Below, piece after piece: positions 1 through 12,614 of a stretch of 64,000 nt of DNA; within the stretch, counting starts at the first letter, position 1, and every line of letters begins with the position of its first letter. Source of the stretch: Octopus vulgaris (lineage: Eukaryota); NCBI GenBank assembly GCA_951406725.2, contig OX597820.1, positions 66,464,001-66,528,000 on the forward strand, read 5' to 3'. The position numbers were made by a program, and so were the translations under genes. The notes under the pieces were generated by a model. That model made no database searches. It saw nothing but the letters and a program-made list of their open reading frames with translations, and was not told the DNA's origin.

Positions 1-48
1 TATATGTATATATATACACATGTATACCCACACACACACACACACATT

Positions 49-91
<43 letters not shown>

Positions 92-600
92 CACACACAC
101 TCCTCTCTCACTTCCTGCTTCCAATCAATGACCACAGAACCTATTGGTTGGTGATTAGTATAAAATGACATTGATAATGATGCTGATGATGGCGGATGAT
201 GTTGACCTCATTTCTCTGTGGGACTTGGTGTTGTTATTAGATTGAGAATAATTAATTAGTTGGGGCAAGTGGTGGTGATAGCTATGATGATGATGATGAT
301 GATGATAATGGTGACGCCGCCGATGGTGCTTGTGGTGTTGGTGGTGGTGGCGGTGGTGGTGGTGGTGGTGGTGGTGGTGCCTGTGGTGGTGGTGGCGGTG
401 GTGTTGGTGGTGGTGGTGTTGGTGGTGGTGGTGGGTGCTATTCTTGTCTTGCCCTAGAAACAAAGACTTGTGTATCAGGTGGAAGTGTGATGTGGAAAAA
501 AAAAAAACCAATCGATACTCATACCACCACTGCCACCACCACCACCACCACCACCACCTCTGTGAGCACCGCATACAAGCTCAAAGACATTACACGCAGA

Positions 601-636
<36 letters not shown>

Positions 637-1554
637 CACATGTTTCCATATGCGCACATACATGAGCATAAATAAAACACACACACGACATTCTGTTGTA
701 GCTATCGTCCCTTGCTGAAGTAATTATCATTTTCATCATCATCATCATTTCTGTCATCACCACCACCACTATCAGCATCATCAGCATCAGCAGCATCATA
801 ATCATTGTTATCATCACTATTATCAACATCACTAACACCATCATCGTCACCACTATCATCATCATAATCATCATCATCAGTTATCACCACCACTGTCACC
901 ATCATCATCATCATCACCATCACTAACATCATCTGTAGCTAACAATTTACATTTCAGTTTATATATGTGTGTGTACATGTGTGTATACATGTATGTGTGT
1001 ATATGTGTATGCATGCATGTGTGTATATGGTTGTGCGTGTATGTGTGTATCTAAGATTCTGTATGTGTGTATATATACATATATATATGTATATGTATGT
1101 GTGTGTGTATGTATATGTGCACTTGCAGTGTGCACAAGCACTGCACTAGCACACATTATCATACAAACACCAAACCTAATTAATATTAGAGTACGCAGCA
1201 TTTGTGGATAATCTAAGATTATTTTTCAATAAAAATGAAAATTGAATGTTTATCAAAAAAATACACTTTACGTTGCATTTCAGATTAAACACATAAAAAC
1301 ACACACACACACACCTACATTTATACATATTTACTTACATACATATATATATATATTCATACATTCATAAATATATATATATATTCATACATAAACACAC
1401 ACAGACACACATATATACGTATATATACACATGTACACACACGCACGTACACATACATACAGACATACATACATAAATTCATACATTCATAAATATATAC
1501 ATTTGTACATAAACACACACAGACACACATATATATATATGTATATATACACAT

Positions 1555-1587
<33 letters not shown>

Positions 1588-1887
1588 CATTCACATATAT
1601 ATATACATATATGCATACATTTGCACAGAGGAAAACAGAGAGAGAAAGGTTCAGAGTTTTACCAATTTATAAAGATAATTTTTGGAGAAACTCTGAAGTA
1701 AAATGTCAACTTCTTTATAAAAAAATATTTGACCCTATTTCTTGTATTGTGTGCATTGTTTGAACTAATAACATTTATTGTTTTCATACAATTTAGAACA
1801 CTTATCTTAATCTTTATACTGAAGTGTGTGCATGTGCATGTGTGTGTGTGTGTGTACATTTTATTTTTAGTCCAATTTATGTGGTTT

Positions 1888-1940
1888 GTGCCTGATGAAT
1901 ATGTTTGAGGTATTTCTCAACATCTGAAACTATTAGAAGC
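1888..1940 (+). ncRNA. Degenerate hammerhead-ribozyme-like motif (probable Penelope-like element terminus)
   Basis: CTGATGA (1892-1898), stem II ATGTTTGAG/CTCAACAT, GAAA (1926-1929), near-palindromic CTATTAG. Stem I and cleavage triplet are not intact. Confidence 0.4.
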
Positions 1941-2032
1941 TCTTAAAAACATGTATTGTGTCTATTAAATAATAATTATCTCTCACCAGATGGCGTACTT
2001 TTTTGGTTGATGTTACCATCATGAAACAGAAC

Positions 2033-2086
<54 letters not shown>

Positions 2087-2087
2087 C

Positions 2088-2251
2088 CACAGGCGTGGTT
2101 GTGTGGTAAGAGGCTTGCTTCCCAACCCCATGATTCCGGGTTCAGTCTGCTGTGTGGCACCTTTGAGCAAGTGTCTTCTACTATAGCCTTGGGCCAACGA
2201 AAGCCTTGGGAGTGGATTTGGTAGACGGAAACTGAAAGAAGCCTGTCATAA

Positions 2252-2307
<56 letters not shown>

Positions 2308-2521
2308 ATGTTTATGACTGTGTTTGTGTGTCCCCCCCGCCCCCATTGCTTGACAATCAATGTTGATGTGTCTACGTCCCTGTAGCAATGCGGCAGAAGA
2401 GGCTGATAGAGTAAACACCAGGCATACAATGAGTTAGTCCAGGCGTTGATTTCTTCAACTAAAAGGCAATGCTCCAGCATGGCCACAGTCAGTTGATCAA
2501 AACAAGTAAAAAGAATAAAAG
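2088..2521 (+). mobile_element. tRNA-derived SINE family A, full length
   Basis: A-box-like TGGTTGTGTGG, B-box-like GGTTCAGTC, body CTTTGAGCAAGTGTCTTC, internal (TA)/(TG) tract, tail CCAGCATGGCCACAGTC...AACAAGTAAAAAGAATAAAA. Homologous to about 20 copies in the window. Confidence 0.9.
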
Positions 2522-2682
2522 ATTAAATATATATATATATATAATGTATGTATGTATATATATATATGATGTATGTTTATATATATCTATATCTATATAC
2601 ATAATGATGTGTGTGTATATATATATGTATATATATATATACATGTATTTATGTATATATTTATATATATGTACATAAATAA

Positions 2683-2721
<39 letters not shown>

Positions 2722-3056
2722 TGTATGTATATATGTATATGTATGTACGTATATGTATGTACGTATGTATGTATGTTTGTATGTAAGATGTTCCAGACAC
2801 TGATGTTGAGCCTCTTATGATTTGTGTTAATTTACAAGCTGGATCTTCAAATTCCTATGGCCGCCAAACTGGTTTTCTGGTATCTTTGCACAGTACAGTA
2901 TTAATGAAAATAGGTATGAATCATACGCTAATCTACAGGTACCAGTCTTTCCTTTAAGTAAATTTAATATTTAAAATGTGCTGACTTAGGTGATCACCTC
3001 TGCTTAGAAAAAAAATTCAGTATTCTGGAAAGTTGCTGTTGTACTCGTGTATGTAT

Positions 3057-3277
3057 GGCTCCTGTGCAGGTAGCACAATAAAAAGCACCATTTGAGTGTG
3101 ACCGTTGCCAGTACCGCCTGACTGGCCCTCATGCCGGTGGCACGTAAAAGCACCCACTACACTCTCGGAGTGGTTGGCGTTAAAGAAGGGCAGCCATCTG
3201 GTTTGCCAGTCCTCAGTCAAATCGCCCAACTCATGCTAGTATGGAAAGCGGACGTTAAACGATGATGTTGATGATGA
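3057..3277 (+). mobile_element. Family D retroposon fragment with (GAT)n tail
   Basis: GGCACGTAAAAGCACC...GAGTGGTTGGCGTTAAAGAAGGGC...GGAAAGCGGACGTTAAACGATGATG, shared with copies at 44022, 54130 and 62038. Confidence 0.8.
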
Positions 3278-5148
3278 ATGGTTAATTGAAGAAAATCTTT
3301 TTTCAAATATTGTGATTGTATCAACAGATATTTCTAACATGTTCTTTAAATACACAGTCATACACACACACAAACACATGCACATAGTCACACGCCTTCA
3401 CACACATACATGTGCACACACACACACACACACAAATACATCCACACACTGATGTATACACATACACACCGATTTGTATTTATATAACCTAGTGAAATCT
3501 ATTTTTGTAGAGGGAACTACTTGAGGAGTTGAGTCTGTAGTTGTTAATTAAACTACACAGATGTTAAGACATTAGGACTTCAGCTGATGTGTAAGCTGAT
3601 GTGTAAGCTGATGTCGTCACACCTGCCACTCCTTCCATGACCACCACCACCACCACCTCATAGCACTCTCTCTGCCTCACCCATCTACAAATCCATCCTA
3701 TCTCTCTCTCTTTCTCTCCTCTCTCTCTCCTCTCTCACCCCTCACTCCTCTCTCTCCTTCTCTCTCTCCCTCCTCTCTCTCTCCCTCCTCTCTCTTCTCC
3801 CTCTCTCCCCCCTCTCTCTTGTGCTCTCTCTCTCTCCTATTTTCTGTTTAGATCTTGAGTTCCTGATAGATTTATTACAAACATACAAATGCATGCATAT
3901 ACATGTGTGTGTGCGTGTGTTTACAGCACACACGTATACGCATACATGAATTTACACACAAAACTATGTCCTAAGATGTGTGTGTTTGTGTGTGCATATA
4001 GATGTGCCTGTGTGCTTATATGTGCATGTGTGCATACATATGTGCATGTATGCATGCATATATGTGTATACATATATGTGTCTACATATAGATTTATTTG
4101 TATGTATATGTATATATTTATATGTATGTATGTATACATATGTCTATATATCTATCTGTGTATACACACATATATATATTCTTGTGTGTACGTATATATA
4201 GATATATATATATATAGATATATAGATATATGTATGTATATGTATGTGTGTTGTTTGTCTGTATAATATTTATAATATACATATATGTATATATAGGCAT
4301 ATGTATATATATATGTATGTATATGTATATATATATATATATATGCACATACACACATGCAGCCATACAGTTGCATTCTCAATGGTGCACACCTTTGCAC
4401 ACATGCACATAAATATCATCTTCTCTGGTAAGGTAATTACTAAGAGTCCTGACCTGCTGCTGATTCTAATTACTCCAAAACGAACTATTGTGTGTATACG
4501 TGTGTGTGTGTGTGTGTAAGGTATTGCATATGTGCAATGAATCAGTGTGTGTGTATTTGCATGTATCGGTGTGCAATCATAGATTGTGTGTGTGTGTGTG
4601 TGTGTTTGTTTGAGTCTGCATACGTCCATGTGTTTCTGCTTCAGCCAAATAATCCTTATAGCTATAGTTAGACACTGTATGACATTCACATCCAGACGCC
4701 ACCTTCCTTATGTCTGGAGATTCTCATTCACAAATATTAACCATTACATAACAGTACGTAGATAAGATGTAAGATAGCTGGTGGAATGGATAAGATGTAT
4801 GTATGTTTGGCCTACTTGCTCAGAGGTCATGAGTTCAAATCCACTGTAGGCATTTTGTTACATTGTGTTTTCAGGGGCAGAATGCCGTATTCTCCATTGA
4901 CCTAGTTCACCTGTCCGTCTGATCAAACTCCCCAAGTTGGTGCTGTGTCAAAGAACCAAATCGGTGGTTGAAATCTTCCTGTGTTACTTTTGGGAATATC
5001 CCTACCCAGACAACATAATCCAATATATGTGTTTTTAAGATGGTCAGGTATGGTCTGTGGGACATTTGGTTACAGTTTCTAGCTTCACACAGATGTGTGT
5101 TTATGTTCCTATATTAATTTGAGACAGTCTATATAAGATAGACTAAAG

Positions 5149-5218
5149 TAGTGGTACTCAACCAGGGTCCATATGGCCCTTGGAGGGGGTCCACATAAGA
5201 TTTTCTTGTTAAAATTTC
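5149..5218 (+). mobile_element. hAT/Charlie-type MITE left end
   Basis: TAGTGGTACTCAACCAGGGTCC resembles the CAGTGGTTCTCAA TIR. Same end at 54455; complementary end at 15054-15068. Confidence 0.5.
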
Positions 5219-5351
5219 TGGCTGTGTGGTAAGTAGCTTGCTTACTAACCACATGGTTCAGGGTTCAGTCCCAATGTGTGGCACCTTGGGCAAGTGTCTT
5301 CTACTATAACCTCGGGCCAACCAAAGCCTTGTGAATGGATTTGGTAGATGG
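5219..5351 (+). mobile_element. SINE family A, 5' part
   Basis: TGGCTGTGTGGTAAG...GGTTCAGTCCC...GGATTTGGTAGATGG, followed directly by family B sequence. Confidence 0.85.
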
Positions 5352-5666
5352 TCAATGATTAGAGCGTCAGGCTCACAATCATGAGTTAGTGAGTTCAATT
5401 CCTGGGCTCGGCTGCGTGTTGTATTCTTGAGCAAGACACTTTATTTCACATTGCTCCAGTTCACTCAGCTGTAGAAATGAGTCGCAAGTCGAGATTTCAC
5501 TGGTGCCAAGCTGTATCGGCCTTTGCCTTTCCCTTGGATAACATCGGTGCCATGCAGAAGAGAGACTGGTATGTGTCGGCAACTACTAGTCTTCCATAAA
5601 CAACTTTGGAGAGGAACTTTCTAGGTGAAATCCCAGGTCATTCATAACCGAAGGAGGATTTTTACT
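5352..5666 (+). mobile_element. tRNA-derived SINE family B
   Basis: AGAGCGTCAGGCTCACAATC...GAGTTCAATTCC head and TTCTTGAGCAAGACACTTTATTTCAC body, matching 57441-57780. Confidence 0.85.
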
Positions 5667-5852
5667 TTTTTTATATATATATCATATCATGTGCTATCCA
5701 CTGTAATGTAGATATCACATTTCAACCTATGTAGAAGTGGGATACTAGTTGTGGCCTTCATGGCTATCTTGCTCACAAATACACACACACACACACACAC
5801 ACTCACTCACTTACACACGAATGTATCCAGTTATTGATTAATATGTTTATTC

Positions 5853-6047
5853 TTCTGACCTCCTGCTCCCATTTCTTGGTTCGTTTATAATTAATTATGA
5901 TATATAACGAACGATAACCAATTACACAGGGGTGTAGATAAATAATATAATATATCTAATCTGATTTATAACATGTGTTATTCTAGTATGATCATGTGTA
6001 TGTACATGGATGTGTGGATGTGTATGCATAGTGTGTGTATATATATG

Positions 6048-6078
<31 letters not shown>

Positions 6079-7330
6079 ATATTTACATACATACATTATA
6101 TATACACACACACAAGTGCGTATATATTTCTGTATATATGTATGCATTTATTTAGTATGTATGTATATATATATATATATTTGTGTGTATAGCTATGTAT
6201 ATATTTATATACGTATATGTATAGGTGTGTGCTTGTGTGGGTATATATATACACACATAGGTGTGTGTTTATGTATGTATCTATGTATATATTTGTGTAT
6301 CTACTTATATATATATTGTCTATATATACATACACACATATTTGCATGTATATAATACCTATCATCATCATCATCATATACCATATGATATGCAGTCAGA
6401 TGTTCATAGTAACATATGCAATCTTATTCTTTTGTAAGTGTTTGATATATGATATCATCTAGCCTAATATCACTATACATAATGTGTGATATCAAAATCT
6501 GACCCCTTGCTGCTTCATTTCTTGGTTCGTTTGTAATTAATTATGATATATAATGAATGATAACTTAAGTGAATGCAGACACATAATGCAACAGTTTTGA
6601 TAAATTAGCATACACTATCGAATGTGATATGTAACACGCTATCCAGTCTTTAATATATATCTGCGTTGTCCAACATGTGTGTTTGTTTGTGCATGTTGTG
6701 TGTATATGTTTGTGTATCTAGACATGTGTCCATACATGTATGTGTGTATATATATATTATATATGTGTGTGTGTGTATGTGTATATGTGTGTATGTGTGT
6801 AGATGTATATATATATGCGTGTGTGTGTGTATGTATGTATATATGTGTGTGCATATGTATGTGTGTGTATGTATATATATGTGTGTGTATATGTATGTGT
6901 ATATATATATATGTGTATCCATTTAGATGTTTGTGTGCTGTGGGAAACGGATGTTGAATGATGACAAATGATATGTATATATGTGTGTGTGTGTATATAT
7001 GTATGTATATATTCATGTGTATGCATGTGTGTGTGTGTGTGTGTGTGTGTATAGACATATATGTATGCATATGTATATAATGTGCTTAGCGATCTGATAT
7101 GTTTAAATAGCACAGTCAAATTAATCTGTTGTTGCGCGATACGTAATATCCTGTATCCTCATACGACAAATGGCTGTATTATGCTAACATGTGATATCCT
7201 GCTTCTTTACATGGTTCCATTGTAATTATTGATGATACATAATGAATGATAACTAGTCCAATGCAGGTAACTGTTGCAGTAGTTTTGATAATTACCATAC
7301 AATATCTAAGCTTATATGCGATATACACCA
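5853..7330 (+). repeat. Three diverged copies of a 120-130 bp unit (5853-5975, 6498-6630, 7196-7330) separated by microsatellites
   Basis: Shared CATTTCTTGGTTCGTTT(A/G)TAATTAATTATGATATATAA(C/T)GAA(C/T)GATAAC. Copies 2 and 3 also share AGTTTTGATAA(A)TTA(G/C)CATACA. Confidence 0.75.
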
Positions 7331-7480
7331 TACAATCTCTGTGATATAGGCATGGCTTTGAGGCACCGGTGCTGCTGTGTGATAACTCTGAGATTAACAA
7401 GTTTGCTTCATAATCGTATGGCTTTGGGCGTAGTCCCTCAGTATCGCACCCTGGGCATGTGTGTATATTTCTGTACATAT

Positions 7481-7847
7481 ATAGGTGCAGGAATGGCTGT
7501 GTGGTAAGTAGCTTGTTTAAACACATGGTTCCGGGTTCAGTCCCACTATAGCCTCGGGCCGACCAAAGCTTTGTGAGTGGATTTGGTAGACGGAAACTGA
7601 AAGAAGCCCATCGTATATATGTATATGTGTGGGTGTGTGTGTATGTTTGTGTTTGTCCCCCTAACATTGCTTGACAACCGATGCTGGTGTGTTTATGTCC
7701 CCATCACTTAGCGGTTCGGCAAAAGAGACCGATAGAATAAGTATTGGACTTACAAAGAATAAGTCCCAGGGTCGAGTTGCTCAATTAAAGGCGGTGCTCC
7801 AGCATGGCCGCAGTCAAATGACTGAAACAAGTAAAAGAGTAAGAGTA
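7481..7847 (+). mobile_element. SINE family A with an internal deletion of about 28 bp
   Basis: Head, body and tail present. CCCACT is joined directly to ATAGCC, a deletion between two ACT microhomologies. Confidence 0.9.
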
Positions 7848-8120
7848 TATTACACAGATATAAACATACATTGTGAAGTGGTTGGTATTAGGAGGTGCAT
7901 TCAGCTGTAGGGAACCAACTATACCCATAGAAGACATTGGAACTTGGTGCAGTTCTCTTGTTTGGCAGTTCTTTCTGGGTCCTCAGAATCATGGAACATG
8001 GACAGACGTTAAATGATGATAATGATGTGTGTATGTATACAAACACACATATAGGCACAGGAGTGGCTGTGTGGTAAGAAGCTTGCCACAATACAGTCCT
8101 GTCTAATATTGTAAGCCAGT

Positions 8121-8533
8121 CAGCTGGCAGAAACATTAGCATGCCCGGCAAAATGCTTGGTGGTATCTCGTCTGCCGCTACGTTCTGAGTTCAAATTCCG
8201 CCGAGGTCGACTGTGCCTTTCATCCTTTCGGGGTCAATTAAATATGTACCAGTTACGCACTGGGGTCGATATAATCAACTTGTTAATCCATTTGTCTGTC
8301 CTTGTTTGTCCTCTCTGTGTGTTTAGCCCCTTGTGGGTAGTAAAGAAACCGGTATTTCGTCTGTCTTTATATTCCGAGTTCAAATTCCTCTGAGATTGAC
8401 TTTGCCTTTCATCCTTTCGGGGTCAATAAATTAAGTTCCAGTTGTGCACTGGGGTCAATCTAATCGACTGACCCCACCCCACCCCACCCCACTCCCCTCC
8501 AAAATTTCAGTCCTTGTACCTAGAGTAGAAAAG
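8121..8533 (+). mobile_element. SINE family C, internally dimeric, with 15-bp TSD
   Basis: Two copies of GAGTTCAAATTCC...GCCTTTCATCCTTTCGGGGTC...CACTGGGGTC. AATATTGTAAGCCAG occurs at 8105-8119 and 8534-8548. Confidence 0.9.
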
Positions 8534-8989
8534 AATATTGTAAGCCAGCTATTTATGATGTAATATTCAGTCTAGTTGCATGATTGAGACGATATCTAAC
8601 CCCTCTCAATGGCAATATCTTCTTTATATTTCTAGCAATAAAAAAGAAATAAAGAGCAGTGATAAAAAAAAAATACAGCAATACAAAAACAGGCAAAAAA
8701 AAAAATCTAATGATTTATAGTTGTGTGTTTGTGGTGGTCGTGGTATTGTTGGAGGTGGTGCAAAACAGGATCCAAAAACCCAGTGGTTGGTGACGTAACA
8801 GTACTTATAATGAATGAGTAAATAAAAATATCCAATCTAGTGTCGACATTATAATAATAATGATGATGATGATGATGGTGGTGATGGTGATAGTAATAAT
8901 GATAATAATAATAATATCTGATATGTAGTGCGTGGTAGATGTATCGTTATTTCCCTGGTGACTTGACTCTAATTTGCCAAAGCAATAAT

Positions 8990-10290
8990 CCTAGAGTTTG
9001 ACTATTTCTCTGGAGGCTTTACTTGTGACATTGTTGATGATGATGATGATGATGATGATGATACTGATAGTGCTGGTGACGATGATGATAATTGTGGTGA
9101 TGGTGATGGTGCTGGTGGTAGCGGTGGAGCAGCTGCTGTTGATGATGGTAGTGGAAATGGTGATGATGATGATCATGATCATGATAACAATAGCTGACAT
9201 GGTGGTGGTGGTCACTGCAGGAGTAATGGAAATGATACCAATGATGGCAATGATTACGGTGGTAGTGGTGGTGGTGGTGGCTGCGGTGGCAGTGGCAGTG
9301 GTGGTGGCGTTGTTGATGGTGCCTTCTATTGTGATGATGATGATGGTTATGATGTCTAAACTGATGATGCAATGGTGGTAGAGGTAATGATGATGATGAC
9401 GATGATGATGATAGTCCTGGCACTAGTTGATGATTTTGTACAATGTTGATCAGATGAAGGTGGTGGTGGTGGTGGTGGTGGGCCATTGTTGAGTAAAGAT
9501 TACTTTTGGAGATGTGTAATGATGACAATGGCTTTCTGTGTCACTGGTGATGGCCATGGCAATAACAGAACTGTTGGATGTCATGGTGGTGGTAGTGGTA
9601 GTGGTCTGGGTAGCATGTTAAATGATGAAAATTGTGATGTAAATGGCCACAGCTGTCAGTTCTGATGGCGATGATGATGATGATGATGATATATATTGAT
9701 GGTGTTGATGATGATGGTTGTGATGTTGATAAGGATGTCAGTGGCTGATAACAATTTCAGATAATCACGATAAAAATCAGGACGATCAGATATGATTTTA
9801 ATGTTTGAAATCATTGTGGCAATGGTAGTGGTGATGGTTGCAGTGGTGATGGTTGCAGTGGTGGTGGTTGCAGTGGTTCTCATATTATTGGTGATCATCA
9901 AAATTATTGGAGTTTAATGATGTTTATGATGATGATGATGATGGCAAGGCAGCTGATAAAGGTAGCAGGTGGTTGTAGTTGTAATTGTGGTGGTGGTGGT
10001 GGTGGTGGTGGTGGTGGTAACGGCAGTGGTGGTGGTGGTGGCAGTGCTGATCAGGTGGTGGAGGAATAGGGTAGGGTGGGGGACTTTTATGCTTAGAGGT
10101 GGCAATGATTAATTATGATGATGATGATGATGATTGGTGATAAGAAGTATGATGGTGGTGATAATAGGATGGTGGTGGTGGTGGTAATAGCAATGATGGC
10201 TGTGATGGTAGTAGTGTTGGTGACAAATGTGATGATGATGATGATGACGACAATAGTGCTGGTGGTGATCTTCAGCTTTGATTCCTGCAC
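8990..10290. repeat. Cryptically simple (GAT/GGT)n trinucleotide domain
   Basis: Long imperfect TGA/TGG/GTA runs; source of the spurious poly-M/V/H ORFs. Confidence 0.85.
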
Positions 10291-10745
10291 AGCAGACAGC
10301 TCTATGGATCAAAGATAGGCTTTCTTCCATTGACCATTTCAGCATAAAGCTACTTTACTTTATGCAATACGACCCTTATATTTAATTAATAACAGTGTGT
10401 GATTTGATGGAGATTTGGCCGCTATTCCTAGCAAATTTCATCAACCATGCAGAAGTCCCCTTACTGACAAATAATGATGAAGCATGATGCTTATGATAAT
10501 TGTGGTGGTGGTGGTGGTGGTGGTGGTGGGATGGTGTTTTGTAGCGATGTTGGTGGTGGTGGTGGTGGTGATTTTTATAGGATTGTATAACGATGTTATT
10601 CATCTTGATGAAGCATTCTTAAGCTGGATGCAGAATAAGCGGTAGAGTGGGGATTGGGCTGGGGTGGGGGTGGCTTAAACTTCATTTACCATCATTAGCT
10701 GAATACTCCTGTCACACACACACACATTTGCACACAAGCCATTTG

Positions 10746-10798
<53 letters not shown>

Positions 10799-11194
10799 CA
10801 CACACATGTACATACATATACATACACACATACATAATCCAAAACACATACCCACACATATGCAAACTTTGTAATACACATGCAGACACTCACACACTTG
10901 TAGATGCATATATTTGCACAATGCATTCATAAGTGTGCATAGATATGCATATACACATAGCTGAATCATAGAGAATAATATACCCAGGTACGCCTCCTGC
11001 ATGAAAACTTAACAGTGAAGTGGGTGCAAGCATACTTGGTATAGTAAACCAAGTAGTCTTAATTTGAATTACTTCATTAGTGGATGAGAATAATTATTAT
11101 CTCAATTAATCCCGGAAAAAAAAAGATAAACAAAAACAAGGGATGATAAATCTTAAATTTTAATTAAAATGAATTATAATGGAATGCAGTGGCT

Positions 11195-11570
11195 TTCTTT
11201 TTATTCTTTTATTTGTTTCAGTCATTTGACTGTGGCCATGCTGGAGCATTGCCTTTAGTCGAACAAATCGACCCCCAGGACTTGTTCTTTGTAAGCCCAG
11301 TACTTATTCTATCAGTCTCTGTTGCCGAACTGCTAGGTTACGGGGATGTAAGCACACCAAGATCAGTTGTCAAGTGATGGTGGTGGGGACAAACACAAAT
11401 ACATGCATGCACACACACGACAGGCTTTTTTCAGTTTCCGTCTACCAAACCCACTCACAAGGCTTTGGTCAGCCTGAGGCTATAGTAGAAGACACTTGGC
11501 TAAGGTGCCACTCAGTGGGACTGAACCTGGAACCATGTAGTTGGGAAGCAAGCTTCTTATCACGCAACCA
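11195..11570 (-). mobile_element. SINE family A
   Basis: Reverse complement of family A tail, body and head (TTGTTTCAGTCATTTGACTGTGGCC ... GGGACTGAACC). Confidence 0.9.
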
Positions 11571-11669
11571 ATACTGCTCTGATGGGAATCATCTAGTAAG
11601 ATAGATGCATATTCAGATATTTTTTCCTCTTATGATATATATATATATATATATGTGTATGTATGTGTG

Positions 11670-11868
11670 TTTCTGTGTTTATCTACCCCAACATCACTTG
11701 ACAACCGATGCTGGTGCATTAGTTGTCAAGTGATGTAACTTAGTGGTTCAGTAAAAGACACCGATAGAATAAGTACTAGGCTTACAAAGAATAAGTCCTG
11801 GAGTCGATTTGCTCGACTAAAGGCGGTGCTCCAGCATGGCTGCAGTCAAATGACTGAAACAAGTAAAA
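11670..11868 (+). mobile_element. SINE family A, 3' half
   Basis: ACATCACTTGACAACCGATGCTGG...TGACTGAAACAAGTAAAA. Confidence 0.85.
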
Positions 11869-12575
11869 AAAAAAATGAAGAATAATACATATGTTGTAAA
11901 ATAGTTGACATTAAGAAGGGCACCGAACCACAGAAACCATGTCCAAACAGACACTGGACCATGGTACAGTGCTTGGGCCCATCAGATCCTGTGTCATAAC
12001 AGCCAACCCATACCAGCATATGATGAGATGAGAAAATATTTGCATAATTCCCCCTCCTTTCATATATTTGTACACATGTTTACTTGTGAGGATTATGATA
12101 ATGGTGATGGTGATGGTGGATACACTTGTCGTTTTCACTGTTTGAAATATTAACTGGCTGAGTATCTCACAGCCATGTCTACCCTTGACAGAAAGGATGT
12201 TCCACTGATGAGACAATCATTGCCCTTTGAATTTCCAAGATCAGTCTATCAGAAGGGCTAATAATTCACAGTTTCTGTCTTCCCAGTTTTATGTCACCAA
12301 CCTTGGACTGACCCCATTTCTTGCCCCATCAAGACTATGGTTAAGGTCGCCTGCCCAAAATGCTGAACATTGAGATTGAACCTGGGATAGAAGCTTGTGA
12401 CTTTGAAGCTTAAACCGTTTCTTAACCAATCAGCTCTTTCTGCATCCACACACACACACACATACACATGTACATACACATACACATACACACACATATA
12501 CATATACATGCACATATATAGATACACACACCCACATTTACTTACACATGTACAGACACAGACATGTACATATAT

Positions 12576-12614
<39 letters not shown>

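Noticed and set aside
10649-10670. G-quadruplex motif (another near 60559-60605)
   Set aside because: The pattern is real but expected by chance in GGT/GGG-rich low-complexity DNA, with no functional context.
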